Of a stretch of 64,000 nucleotides of DNA, positions 36,475 to 49,800 are shown piece by piece. Both the position numbers and the translations under genes were made by a program. The stretch covers positions 434,001-498,000 of the forward strand of contig JASTWF010000326.1 of the NCBI GenBank assembly GCA_030390025.1. Direction: 5' to 3'. The notes beneath the pieces are model-generated. The model saw only the letters and a program-made list of their open reading frames with translations, searched no databases and was not told where the DNA came from. This DNA is from Squalus acanthias. Lineage: Eukaryota. The first letter of the stretch is position 1. Each line of letters begins with the position of its first letter.

Positions 36475-37639
36475 CCACTTACCTTGGTCCTGGAGCAAAC
36501 ATGTTCCCACAGCCGAATTTCAGCTCCATCGTCAGACATTTTGTTACCAATCTTACCACAAACACTTTCCAAAAACAACTGTTCAGAACTCCTCCCCATA
36601 GATTATTATAATGAAAGATTACATCACTGAAGCCATAAACTCAAGGCAGGACAACATCGACCATGAGAAAGCAATAAATAAGTGATTTCTCTGCAGTCAA
36701 TAGTCTACTTTTACATCGAGCTAACCCCTTTTTTTAGAAATAAATAAGTAGCATAATAAAAGTGAGTTTCAGAACCAGCTGATTATGGAAGGAGTTCATC
36801 TAACGCCGTCTATTATATATTAGTAAGCAATCTCTTTAAGGTTATCTCTAATTATTCCAAATGTACAAAGGATATTCTTTTTATTTCTTTTGTCAAGAAA
36901 ATATGAAATTCTCCTGTTTTGTTTTTTTAATCATTCTCTTAAACTGATCATGTCCCTTTTGTCTTTGTAATTGTGTCACAATTGTTTTGTTTCCACCGTG
37001 ATTCCCTTTGTCATTTTTTTGCTCTCTTACCTCTCTGCCCTTCACAGTCTCCCTGCCTTCTTTCTTCCACCTTGATGGCTGCTTCTTAATATTTCTGTGT
37101 GGGTGTTCCCCACAATTTCACACTGTCTCGCTCCGACAATATTTCTCAGTGTTAATGCTCACGGATGCAATGATACTTATGCTGGAGTACTGAACCATAT
37201 TAATCTCTATGATCTCCAGTTCTTCATAGACCTGTTATGTCATTTGTCGGCCAGAAGTTGAATTTCAATATCAGTTTTGGACATCAAGTAAAGCAAATGA
37301 TTAAGTGCTTTCACACTGGTTACCCTGATACTACATGTGTTTTGGCGTTATTACTGCCAAGTTGTATTTTAGACTATTAATCATGGGAGTAATGCATTAT
37401 CACATAATTAGTACATTACCAACTGAACAATAATTAAAGGGAGTACCGGATTAAAATAAGCCAACTATTGATTTTCTATCACACTTGAACTATACTTGCG
37501 TGCAATTGTTATATTTTAAGTAGTGTTTAATATCTTTGCTCTGTGGAAGAAGTACTTAGTCACAAATCTGCCATATCGGTTCGAACAAACATAAAAATGC
37601 TACAATTTATAGAACAGTTGGAACTTATTATTGATTATA

Positions 37640-37830
37640 ACAGACCTTCCCTTTTGTTCTTTCCTCCCCTCCCCCCTTTCCCTGCCCCTGCACTTGCTTA
37701 AAAACCTGTTACATCTCCAACTTTTTCCAGTTCTGACAAAGGGTCATCGACCTGAAACGTTAACTCTGTTTCCCTCTCCACAGATGCTGCCTGACCTGCT
37801 GAGTATTTCCAGCATTTTCTGTTTTTATTT
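37640..37830 (+). mobile_element. Penelope-like element terminal fragment with hammerhead-ribozyme-like motif
   Basis: CTGACAA-aGGGTC-atc-GACCT-GAAAC-GTT followed by cagatgctgcctgacctgctgagt..ccagca. The Penelope assignment rests on recognising this repeat and its hammerhead motif. Confidence 0.7.
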
Positions 37831-39560
37831 ATTATTGATTATAAGGGATTTGAGGATTTGTAATCAATGTATGATTTTTAAAAATAATGCATTAATAAAT
37901 AGTACCTGTGATGCTGCTCATGCTGATTTGGAATATCCGTCTTTCCTGGACCTCTCTCGACACTTTTTTAAATGATGTCGATGGAGATGCAAGAGCAGGT
38001 TGATTACCCTGTAGACGATAGGTGGTGCATGGTGTAGGAATGGCAATAAAGGAGAAGTGAAGTAAATATCCTCAGAAATATGTTGTTGTCTTAACAAAAA
38101 ATTATAAGAAAGCTCTAAAAATATTGAAGTAGAATTTAGGGAGGTGACGCCAGTAAAAGAATCCATGGTGTCAGTGGAGATGAGTGTCACATTAGTCACA
38201 GTGGTGCTGGAGTCTGTTCAGCCATCTTACAATGCAGACCAGAGGGCTTCAAGGAGGGCTACCTGCAGCATCTCTAATCTGCATTGAGCAAAGTGTTTAA
38301 TGGTGGACTAGATCAGACAAAAAATTGATGAGAGAACCAACTTGATTAGCTAACTGCACTAAGTCAACTTCCATTATATGATGCAAGGACGTCCAGATTG
38401 AGATATTTCCAGGAAATGCAGGCACCAATGTGAATGTACCTCTCTTTAAGAGGTGCAGTCTTACTTTAAATAGTCCTCTGCAAGCCCACTGCAAATCCTG
38501 CCCTACAAGTACGCAGGTTGCTAGTCACCGAGAAGACCAGCGGGCAGCTCGCCAATGATATGTTAATAAGTCCTGGTGAAATCCATTGGGTCTCCGAATG
38601 ATGACATGGGAGAAGAGGCCACCTGCCTCACTTGGCCAAAACCAGTTGCCAGTGAAAATTCCCTTTACTTACTTTTTTATATGCTATATATTGTGTTTGT
38701 ATGAACAAGATGTTAGTGTACAGTAAATTTGCTGACATAGAATCATAGAATAGAATCACAGAATGGTTACAGCACAGAAGGAGGCCATTTGGCCTGTTGA
38801 GCCCATGCCAGCTCTCTGCAAGAGCACTTCAGCTAGTCCCATTCCCCCGCCTTTCCCCGTAGCCCTGCAATTTTTTTTCCTTCAGGTACTTAGTCAATTC
38901 CCTTTTGAAATCCATGATTGAGTCTACCTCCACCACCCTTTCAGGCACTGCATTCCAGTACCTAACCACTCGCTGCGTAAAAAAGTTTACCCTCATGTCG
39001 TCTTTGGTTCTTTTGCCAGTCACCTTAAATCTGTGTCCTTTGGTTCTCGACCCTTCTGCTATTGGGAACAGTTTCTCTCTATCTACTCTGTCTAGACCCC
39101 TCATGATTTTGAACACCTCTATCAAATCTCCTCAGAACCTTCACTGCTCTAGGGAGAACAACCCCAGCTTCTCCAGTCTATCTACATAACTGAGTCCCTC
39201 ATCCCTGGAATCATTCTTGTAAATCTTTTCAGCACCCTCTCTAAGGCCTTCACATACTTCCTAAAGTGCGGTGCCCAGAATTGGACACAATACTCCAGTT
39301 GAGGCTGAACCAGTGTTTTATAAAGGTTCATCATAACTTCCTTGCTTTTGTACTCTATGCCTCTCTTTATGAATCCCAGGATCCCGTGTGCTTTTTTAAC
39401 TGCTTTCTCAACCTGCCCTGCACATATACCCTAGGTCTCTCTGTTCATGCACCCCCTTTAGAATTGTACCCTTTAGTTTATATTGCCTCTCCTCGTTCTT
39501 CCGACCAAAATGTATCACCTTAAATGTTAAATTTCACCTGCCACGTGTCCGCCGATTCCA

Positions 39561-40702
39561 TAAAAACATAAGAAATAGGAGCAGGAGTAGGCCATTCAGC
39601 CCTTCGAGCCTGCTCCGCCATTCAATGAGATCATGGCTGATCTTCTGCCTCAACTCCATTCACCAGCCCTATCGCCATATCCCTTGATGCCTTTACTAGT
39701 CAGAAATCTATCGACTTCTGTTTTGAATATACCCAATTACTGAGCCTCCATAGCCCTCTGGGGTAGAGAATTCCAAAGATTCACCACACTCTGTGTGAAG
39801 AAATTTCTTCTCATCTCGTTCCTGAATGTCCTACCCTTTATCCTGAGGCTGTGGCCCCTGGTTCGAGACTCCCCAGCCAAGGGAAACATTCTCCCAGCAT
39901 CCACCCTATCAAGCCCTGTAATAATTTTGTATGCTTCAATGAGATCCCCTCTCATTCTTCCGAATTCAAGAGAATACAGGCCTAGTTTACTCAATCTCTT
40001 CTCATACGACAGTCCCGCCATCCCAGGAATCAATCTCGTGAACCTTCGTTGCACTCCCTCTCTGGCAAGTATATCCTTCCTTAGGTAAGGAGACCAAAAT
40101 TGTACACAGTACTCCAGGTGTGGTCTCAGCAAGGCCCTATATAATTAGAGTAATACTTCTTTACTCCTGTACTCAAATCCTCTTGTAATGAAGGCCAGCA
40201 TACCATTTGCCTTCCTAATGGCTTGCTGCACCTGCACATTCACTTTCAGTGACTCATGTACAAGGACACCCAGGTCCCTTTGAGCATCTGCATTCCACAA
40301 TATTTCACCATTTAGGAAATACTCTGCCTTTCTGTTTTTTCTACCAAAGTGGATAACTTCACATTTATCCACATTATATTCCATCTGCCATGTTCTCGCC
40401 CACTCACTGAGCCTGTCGAGATCCCCTTGAAGCCTCTTCACATCCTCTTCACAACTGATACTGCCACCTAGCTTTGTATCATCAGCAAATTTGGAAATGT
40501 TATATTTAGTCCCCTCATCCAAATCATTGATATAGATTGTGAATAGCTGGGGCCCAAGCACCGATCCTTGTGGTACCCCACTAGTCACAGCCTGCCATCC
40601 TGAAAAAGACCCGTTTATCCCTACTCTTTGTTTTCTGTCTGTTAACCAATTCTCAATCCATGGTACTATATTACCCCCAATTCCATGTGCCCTAATTTTG
40701 TT
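39561..40702 (-). mobile_element. Nested 5'-truncated CR1
   Basis: Has its own 3' tail (ttcttatgtttt) and RT C-terminal ORFs 39737-40132 and 40145-40700. Confidence 0.9.
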
Positions 40703-40865
40703 CACCAGCCTGTCTATGTCCTCTTGAAGTCCATCACTATCCTCCTCACTGTTCACTATACTTTCAAGTTTTGTGTCATCTGCAAATCTTGACATTGTGC
40801 CCTGGACACCCAGGTCCAAGTCATTAATATATATCAAGAAAAGCAGTGGTCCTAGTACCGACCCC

Positions 40866-42647
40866 TGGGGAATTTATAATGGGGAACAAAGAAATGGCAG
40901 ACCAATTAAATACATACTTTGGTTCTGTCTTCACAAAGGGGGACACAAATAAACTCCCAGAGATGTCGGGGAACATAGGGTCTAATGAGAGGGAGGAACT
41001 GAATGAAATCAGTATTTGTAGGGAAATGGTGTTGGGGAAATTGACGGGATTGAAGGCCGATAAATCCCCAGGGCCTGATAATCTACATCCTAGGGTACTT
41101 AAGGAAGTGGCCCTAGAAATAGTAGATGCATTGATGGTCATCTTCCAAAATTCTATAGATTCTGGAACAGTTCCCATGGATTGGAGGGTAGCTAATGTAA
41201 CCCCACTATTTAAAAAAGGTGGTGGAGAGAAAACAGGGAATTATAGACCGGTAAGCCTGACATCGGTAGTGGGGAAAATGCTAGAGTCCATTATAAAAGG
41301 TGTAATAGCAGAGCACTTGGAAAACAGTGACAGGATCGGACAAAGTCAACATGGATTTACAAAAGGTAAATCATGCTTGACTAATCTACTGGAATTTTTT
41401 GAGGATGTAACTGGTAGAATAGATAAGGGAGGACCAGTGGATGTGATGTATTTGGACTTTCAGAAGGCTTTCGATAAGGTCCCGCATAAGAGAAAAGCGT
41501 GCAAAGTAAAAGCACATGGGATTGGGGGTAAGGTACTGACTTGGATAGAGAACTGGTTGGCAGACAGGAAGCAAAGAGTTGGAATAAATGGGTCTTTTTC
41601 CGAGTGGCAGGCAGTGACTAGTGGGGTACCGCAGGGATCGGTGCTAGGACCCCAGTTATTCACAATATATATTAATGATCTAGACGAGGGAACTAGGTGT
41701 AATATCTCCAAGTTTGCAGACAACACAAAGCTGGGTGGGCGTGTGTGCTGTGAGGAGGGTTCAGAGAAACTCCAGTATGATTTGGGCAGGTTGGGTGATT
41801 GGGCAGATGCATGGCAGATGCAGTATAATGTGGATAAATGCGAGGTTATCCACTTTGGTGGCAAAAACAGGAAGGCAGATTATTATCTGAACAGCAATAG
41901 ATTGGGAAAAGGGGAAGTGCAACGAGACCTGGGTGTCCTTGTGCACCAGTCGCTGAAGGTAAGCATGCAGGTGCAGCAGACGGTTAAGAAGGCAAATGGT
42001 ATGTTGGCCTTCATAGCGAGAGGATTTGAGTACAGGAGCAAGGATATCTTGCTGCAGTTGTACAGGACCTTGGTGAGACCACACTTTGAGTATTGTGTGC
42101 AGTTTTGGTCGACTTATCTGAGGAAGGATGTTCTTGCCATGGAGGGAGTGCAGCGAAGATTCACCAGACTGATACCTGGGATGGCAGGAATGACGTATGA
42201 AGAGAGATTGGGTCGATTAGGCTTATATTCGCTGGAGTTTAGAAGAATGAGAGGGGATCTCATTGAAACTTATAAAATTCTAACAGGACTAGACAGACTA
42301 GATGCAGGAAGGATGTTCCCGATGGCGGGGGAGTCCAGAACCAGGGGTCACAGTCTACGGATAAGGGGTAAGCCACTTAGGACTGAGATGAGGAGCAATT
42401 TCTTCACCCAGAGAGTGGTGAACCTGTGGAATTCTCTACCACAGAAGGCAGTTGAGGCCAATTCATTGAATATATTCAAGAGTTAGATGTATTTCTTAAG
42501 GCTAAAGGGATCAAGGGATATGGGGAGAAAGCAGGGACAGGGTACTAAATTTGGATGATCAGCCATGATCTCATTAAATGGCGGAACAGACTCGAGGGGC
42601 CGAATGTCCTACTCCTGCTCCTATCTTCTATATTTCTATGTTTCTAT
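40866..42647 (+). mobile_element. Nested 5'-truncated CR1 (young HER1-like subfamily) with ~540-codon open RT frame
   Basis: ORF 40846-42486 (YLDFQKAFDKV, GVPQGSVLGP, FADNTK) and TTTCTATG tail. Confidence 0.95.
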
Positions 42648-43003
42648 GGAATGCCACTGTGTACCTTCCTCCAGTCCGATAAACACCCGTTCACCACTAC
42701 TCTCTGTTTCCTGTCAATTAGCCAATTTTGTATCCATGCTGCCACTGTCCCTTTTATTCCATGGGCTTCAAGTTTGTTGGCAAGCCTATTATGTGGCACT
42801 TTATCAAATGCCTTTTGGAAGTCCATGTACACCACATCCACCACATTGCCCTCATCAACCCTCTCTGTTACCTCATCAAAAAACTCAACCATTTAGTTAA
42901 ACACGATTTGCCGTTAACAAATCCGTGCTGGCTTTCCTTAATTAATCCACACTCGTCCGAGTGACTGTTAATTTTGTCCTTGATTATTGTTTCTAAAAGC
43001 TTC

Positions 43004-44175
43004 CCCACAAGAGATTGGTGAGCAAAGTTAAAGTACATGGGATTGGGGGTAATGTGTTGACGTGGATTGAGAACTGGTTGGCACACAGGAAACAAAGAGT
43101 AGGAGTAAATGGGTACTTTTCAGAATGGCAGGCAGTGACCAGCGGGGTACTGCAGGGTTCGGTGCTGGGACCCCAGCTGTTTACATTATATATTAATGAT
43201 TTGGACGAAGGGATTAAATGTAATATCTCCAAATTTGCGGATGACACTAAATTGGGAGGCAGTGTGAACAATGAGGAGGATGCTAGGAGGCTACAGAGTG
43301 ACTTGGACAGGTTGGGTGAATGGGCAAATGTATGGCAGATGAAGTACAATGTGGATAAATGTGAGGTTATCCACTTTGGTGGTAAAAATAGAGAGGCGGA
43401 CTATTACCTGAATGGTGGCAGATTAGGGAAAGGGGAGGTGCAACGAGACCTGGGCATCATGGTACATCAGTCACTGAAGGTGGGAATGCAAGTGCAGCAG
43501 GCAGTCAAGAAAGCAAACGGAATGATGGCCTTCATAGTAAGGGGATTTGAGTACAGGAGTAGGGAGGTGATGCTGCAGTTGTACAGGGCCTTGGTGAGGC
43601 CACACTTGGAGTATTGTGCGCAGTTTTGGTCTCCTAACTTAAGGAAGGACATTCTTGCTATTGAGGGAGTGCAGCGAAGGTTCACTAGATTGATTCCTGG
43701 GATGGCCGGACTGACATATCAAGAAAGATTGGGTCAACTGAACTTGTATCCTCTGGAGTTCAGAAGAATGAGGGGGGATCTTATAGAGACATTTAAAATC
43801 CTGACTGGTTTAGACAAATTAGATGCGGGCAGAATGTTCCCAATGTTAGGGAAAATTAGAACCAGGGGTCACAGTCTAAGGATTAAGGGGAAGCCATTTA
43901 AGACTGAGCTGAGGAGGAACTTCTTCACCCAGAGAGTGGTGAATCTATGGAATTCTCTTCCACAGAAGGTTGTTGAGGCCAGTTCGCTAAATATATTCAA
44001 AAGGGAGTTAGATATAACACTCACAACTAGGGGGATCAAGGGGTATGGCGAGAAAGCAGGAATGGGGTACTGAGGTAGCATGTTCAGCCATGAACGCATT
44101 GAATGGCGGTGCAGGCTCGAAGGACCGAATGGTCTACTCCTGTACCTATTTTCTATGTTTCTATGTTTCTATGTT
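43004..44175 (+). mobile_element. Nested 5'-truncated CR1
   Basis: The 352-aa RT C-terminal ORF is open to its natural stop; (TTTCTATG)3 tail. Confidence 0.95.
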
Positions 44176-46793
44176 TACTGAGGTTAAACTTACTGGCCTG
44201 TAATTGCTGGGTTTATCCTTACACTCTTTTTTGAACAAGGGTGTAACATTTGCAATTCTCCAGTCCTCTGGCACCACCCCCGTATCTAAGGAGGATTGGA
44301 AGATTATGGCCAGTACCTCTGTAATTTCTACCTTTACTTCCCTCCGCATCCTAGGATGCATCCCAACTAGTCCTGGTGACTTATCTACTTGAAGTACAGC
44401 CTGCCTTTCTAGTTCCTCCTCTTGATCAATTTTTATCCCATCCAGTATCTCAACTGCCTCCTCTTTCACTATGACTTTGACAGCATCTTCTTCCTTGGTA
44501 AAGAAAGATGCAAAGTACTTAGTCATGCCCTCTGCCTCCACGCGTAGGTCTCCATTTTGGTCCCTAATCGGCCCCACCCCTCCTCTAACCACCCGTTACT
44601 ATTATATGCCTATAGAAGACTTTTGGATTCCCTTTTATGTTAGCTGCCAATCTATTCTTATACTCTTTTTGCCCCTCTTATTTCTTTTTTCACTTCCGCT
44701 CTGAACATTTTACACAGGTTGCTATGTGCTAATTGCTTATGCTATTGTGTAAAAAATAACTTAACAGGAGCTGAGGACATGGTGATCTGGAAATTGGCCC
44801 TGAAAAAGAGCCTCCAAGTCCCCAAAATGGCAGCAGGAAGCTTGTGGACACCTCCGACTGGAAGTGTGCCGCCCGCCATTTGAGTAAGGATAAATAAGAG
44901 GCATCCTTTACCCATGCCTGAAGCAGACATTAGGCCCATATACAAATAAGTGTCACCCCTGCATAACTGATTTGCCCTGAGGCAGCCAGCGCTATCACTT
45001 GCTGCACTTGCAAACCAACACTAAAGAATGCCTGGAACAAAAAAAGATAAGTTATTGACTTCTGAATGTGGAGCCAGGAGGAGCAGGAGTATAAAACTGA
45101 ACACAAAAATCTTAAAAGTACTGGGAGACACCTAAAAATTGGACTCCTGTTTAATATTTTCTAACATATCCAATCTTATCCCTCATCCAGAGCTTTCCCT
45201 GCTGATAAACTGTTGCTGCCCTTCCAAAGGCCAAAACTACTAGCTGTGACACTCCCACACAACTTCAACATCAAATCAACAGCTTCTGCAGAATGATGAC
45301 TTCTGAAACATTCTGCACACAGAACAAATACAATGAGAGAAAATCTATATTTTTCCCTGGTGTGCAATAAGGAAACAAATTTTGCCACATACGCAATAGC
45401 TTTTAGTGCCTTGTGTATCCTTTTACATTGTGGGTAATTTGTCCCTTGTGCATTTCAGAATGTACATGTACAAAATCATTAGTTATTTTTGTACTTCATA
45501 AACATTAATTAGGAGTATAACCAGCCACTTTGCCTATCGATTAAATTCCCTTTCCAATTTCACAGTTAGGCTGAATGTTCTAATAAAACCTATTTGAAAT
45601 GAATTTGAAGTGTGTCCAAATCAAAAACAGATATGCTGCAGCATTCAACTTATTTTAAAAAATTCACTTGTCTGTGTTTGATGAAACTTTGAAGCAAAGG
45701 ACAGAAAAAAAGATGGAGTAGGATGGAGCAGAATTCAGAAAATGTGCAGAATATATGTCCAATAACATTGTTAAATGATTGCACTTTGTAATTGAATCCT
45801 GTATATTAAAACTGATTGACAAATGTATTTCAGAAACTAACATTTCTTTTATTTTGTTTGTATATATTTTTTACAGTGGAAGGGGACCTATTCAACTTCT
45901 TTTCTTCCCCAAATTTGCATAAATGTGGAGCTGCAAAGATGATAATTTCTTAATTTGGTTCAAAACTAAATAGAACCTTCCAAAACCTATGGAGGGAATT
46001 TTGTTATTCGTAAGAACATGTACAGGTATCTCTGCCATTCTGACTATCATACCCTAGACAGGGTAAAGGCAGTGGCTCATTTACATGTAAATGTGTTCAG
46101 TAAATCAATTGCAGGCATAGCACTTGTATGCAAGTAGATTTGACTGCACATTGACCCTCCCACATCCAGAAGGATTCATATATTTAATTGAAATCCTAAA
46201 TTGATTGACATGGGCAAGAAAATTGCAAAGGTGAACCTGAAGGATTTTTGTGTCACCGTTGTTTTTTATTTCTACAGTTGTCTTCCTTGCCTTAAGGTGT
46301 GGGCATAGTCTCATGGGTACAAGTCCCTTGTCAAAGTGGCTATGATTCATGTGTGATCCTTACCAGACTATTCAAATGTGGACATCATCACACTTAAATC
46401 TACTCCTATTCTCTTAATCTCCACATTTGTACTTCCAGCAGAAGTTTCTGAATTATGATCAGGTTTGAGAATCCTTGACAAACCTTATCCAAAGGTTCTG
46501 AGCCCAACTGTACCACCTCTGCTACCACTGTGCCTAAGGTTGGCTAGTCTGCCCTGACTGGCAATTAAATCTGAATCTTCATTTTCCTGATCTGGATGGC
46601 TCAGCTACTTATTGAATAAACTCATGGGGTAATATGGTACTGGTCATTTTTAACATGGTTCCCAAATTTCTACAATTGTCATCAAGGGTCTCCGAAAAAA
46701 TAAATGATTGTACTGCATTGCACTCCCCCTCCCAATTTTCTGCTGAAGACATGGGATAGATTGTTTGTCTTCACGCCTGGGTGGTAATCTGGC

Positions 46794-46878
46794 GGAATGG
46801 ATCATCCGCCCTTTATAGAACCTGGAATGGATCACCCACCCTTTATAGAACCTGGAATGGATCACCCACCCTTTGTAG
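46794..46878 (+). repeat. 30-bp minisatellite, left part (~2.8 units)
   Basis: GGAATGGATCACCCACCCTTTATAGAACCT units. Confidence 0.85.
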
Positions 46879-49800
46879 TGGGTGGGTGCCGCAACAGCAA
46901 CATGTGGGAGTTTGTGGAGAGCATAGCGATCCCAGATGACCACGTCTGCAGTAAGTGCCTGCATCTCGAGGAACTTCAGCTCAGAGTTGTTGAGCTGAAG
47001 TCCGAGGTGCAGACATTGTGGGCATCAGGGAGGGGGAGAGTTACCTGGACACCGTGATCCAGGAGGCAGTCACACCAATTAAGTTAGGTAGTGGTACAGG
47101 TCTGGTTAGTGGTCAGGGACAGAAGGACGTGACTGTGACTCAGGGGACTCCAGGTGCAGTGATGGAGGAGCCTCGGCCTTTGACCTTATCCAACAGGTAT
47201 GAGGTTCTTGCTGCCTGTGTGGATGAGGGCAAAGTCTGCAGGGTGGATGAGCAACCTGACCATGGCACTATGGTAAAGGAGCCCATTGAAGTTGGGTGTC
47301 TGAAAAGGAATATGGTAGTGGTAGGGGACAGTATAGACAGGGGGATAGATACTGTTCTCTGCAGCCGCGTTCGTGGGTTCCGAAGGCTGTGTTGTCTGCC
47401 TGGTGTCAGGATTAAGGATATCTCCTTGCAGCTGGAGAAGAACTTGGAGTGGGAGGGGGCGGTTCCAGTTGTTCTGATCCTTTAGGAACCAATGACATAA
47501 GTAGAACTAGGAATGAGGTTCTGCTGAGAGAGTTTGAAGAGCTAGAGTCGGAATTAAAAAACAGAACCTCAGGTAATAATCTCTGGATTATTAACTGAGC
47601 CACGCACAAATTGGCATTGGGATAAACAGATTAGAAGATTGAATGCATGGCTGAAAGAGTGTTGTGGGAGGCAGGGGTTTCAATTTATGGGGCACTGGCA
47701 CCAGTACTGGGGAAAGAGGGAGCTGTTCCATTGGGACAGGATCCACTTACACCAGGCTAGGATCAGTGAACTGGTGAATCGAATAACTAGGGTGGTAGAT
47801 AAGGCTTTAAACTAAGGCAGTGTCTATTTGCAACACCAGATTTCTGATTGGTCTCCTTGGAGGACAAGACATACTCAACAGTTTGTCTGGAATGTGTAAT
47901 TTGATACTGCCTGCTGTAGACAACGCTGCAATGTGTAATTTGATCCACTACAGAATGTAGAAGTATAGTTAGCTTTGTCAAGATCTGCTGTTAATAGTAT
48001 TCTTCAATTGTAATTATAATTGTCCTTGGCTGGTAAAATAAAAGACTTTGGGCTAGAAATTCATTATAGCCCAGGAATGGGCGGTATCTTTAGAAAAGTT
48101 TGAGAATTAGCACCAGGCGCTAATGCTTTAGACCGCACGCAAAATTCATTTTCACTGCTCAAAGAAATCATTGGGGTGCTAAATCAAGTGTTTTTAAGCC
48201 CTAGCTTAGTGGTGTTACACTCAAAGGATGGACCAATATTGGGTGCAGTCTAATCTCAAATCATCATAGCCACAGGCTTTTCACAGTACTTAAAGGGAAG
48301 GTTCATTGATACTGCAGTACCTCATTCTCAGCATTGCTGGCTGTGCAGCTGCCTCAGCAAGGAGAAGCACATCAAGGAGAAAGAGTCGGAGGATTGAAGC
48401 AGGTGTGCCCATGGCAGATCCACCTCAGTCGGGTGGTCAGGGTGATTGAATGCTTCAACAAATGCTACATACCACCATCTGTACCACAAGCTTCACACAC
48501 TGCCCAAAGCACCACACCCCCAACGCTCACCCAACAATCTCTACGTACTAACACTTACACCCACATCTCACAGCTTGCACGCAATGACAGCTATTCAACT
48601 ATGGCAGGCACAAGGATCATTAGTTATTAGAATCAATGCGATATGTGTGATATGTTTATGCATTAATGTATTAATTAAGTTTGCAATATTTTGTGGTCTC
48701 CCTCATTTTACCTTTGCGCCCAGGAGGACGCTGTGATATGGCATGACACAGGGAAGGTATGATGGGCATGTGGTGAGCAAAAGGGATCTGGGGTTTAAGT
48801 CATCCTGGTAGGAGCCCTGATGTCTCTCCTCATCCCTCTGCAACATGTTCTTGTATTTCTCGCTGCCTATGCTCCCTCCGCCGTAGATCCTGGAGGGCGA
48901 GGTGGCAGCCAGTACAGTCCCCATTAATGTTGCCAAGTGTAGCAGTTTGAATCTTTGAACAATAAATGTAGCCACTTTGCACTTGCCAGAACAACACTGA
49001 TAAAAAAGAACCTTGAAATTACTTGTGCAAACTCATCCACCAGCTGAAACTGACAAGAGACCACAGAAACTAACCTGCCCTGACAGCTGAGAGTGATTAA
49101 TGCGGATGCCTTTAAATAGCGTCCATGGAGCCGGCGTCCGTCAGCTGTGCGCCTCCTCTCCCTGTCGCTGTCTGGTCAAGGCACAAAAGTAAGTGTCCAT
49201 AATGAATTTGGCAGATCAGGCGCCCAGTGAGCATTGCACGCTCACTGATGTTACAATCTATCTGGCGTTGAAGTTCCCGGTGGTACCTCGTACCGGTGGC
49301 GCAAAGGGAGTCCGGATTTGATGTGCACCACCAAATTCACCTTGCCCCCGCGCTACTGCATCAGCGCCCCATTAGCGCTGAAAGGAGAAAGGCACAAGGG
49401 TAGGGTTGTGGTGAGGGGAGGGTGTAAAACAAGATGTGCATGCTTACACCATCAGTAGCTTGTAAGTGAGAAGAGTTTGTGGGATGAGGGGGAAGTGGGA
49501 TGTCAGAAAGATTTTAAGAGAAGGGAGCACTATCCGTGGCTAACTAAGGAAGTAAAGGATGGCATCAAATTGAAAACTAAAGCATATAATGTTGCCAAGA
49601 TTGGTGGGAGGCCAGAGGATTGGGAAAATTTAAAAACCAGCAAAGGATGACTAAAAAAAAATAAAGAGAGAGAAGATGAATTATGAGAGTAAACTGGCAA
49701 GAAATATTAAGACAGAAAGTAAAAGGTATATAAAAAGGAAGAGAATAGTTAAAGTAAATGTTGGTCCCTTAGAGAATGAGAATGGGGAATTAATAATGGG

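Larger units (their letters stand above)
38737..44710 (-). mobile_element. Older CR1 (ATTCTATG-type tail) broken into four pieces by three younger CR1 insertions
   Basis: Collinear ORF2 segments at 38737-39560, 40701-40868, 42648-43008 and 44176-44710. Confidence 0.85.

Noticed and set aside
40145..40837. Novel protein with duplicated RT motifs
   Set aside because: Chance in-frame fusion at the junction of two nested CR1 copies.
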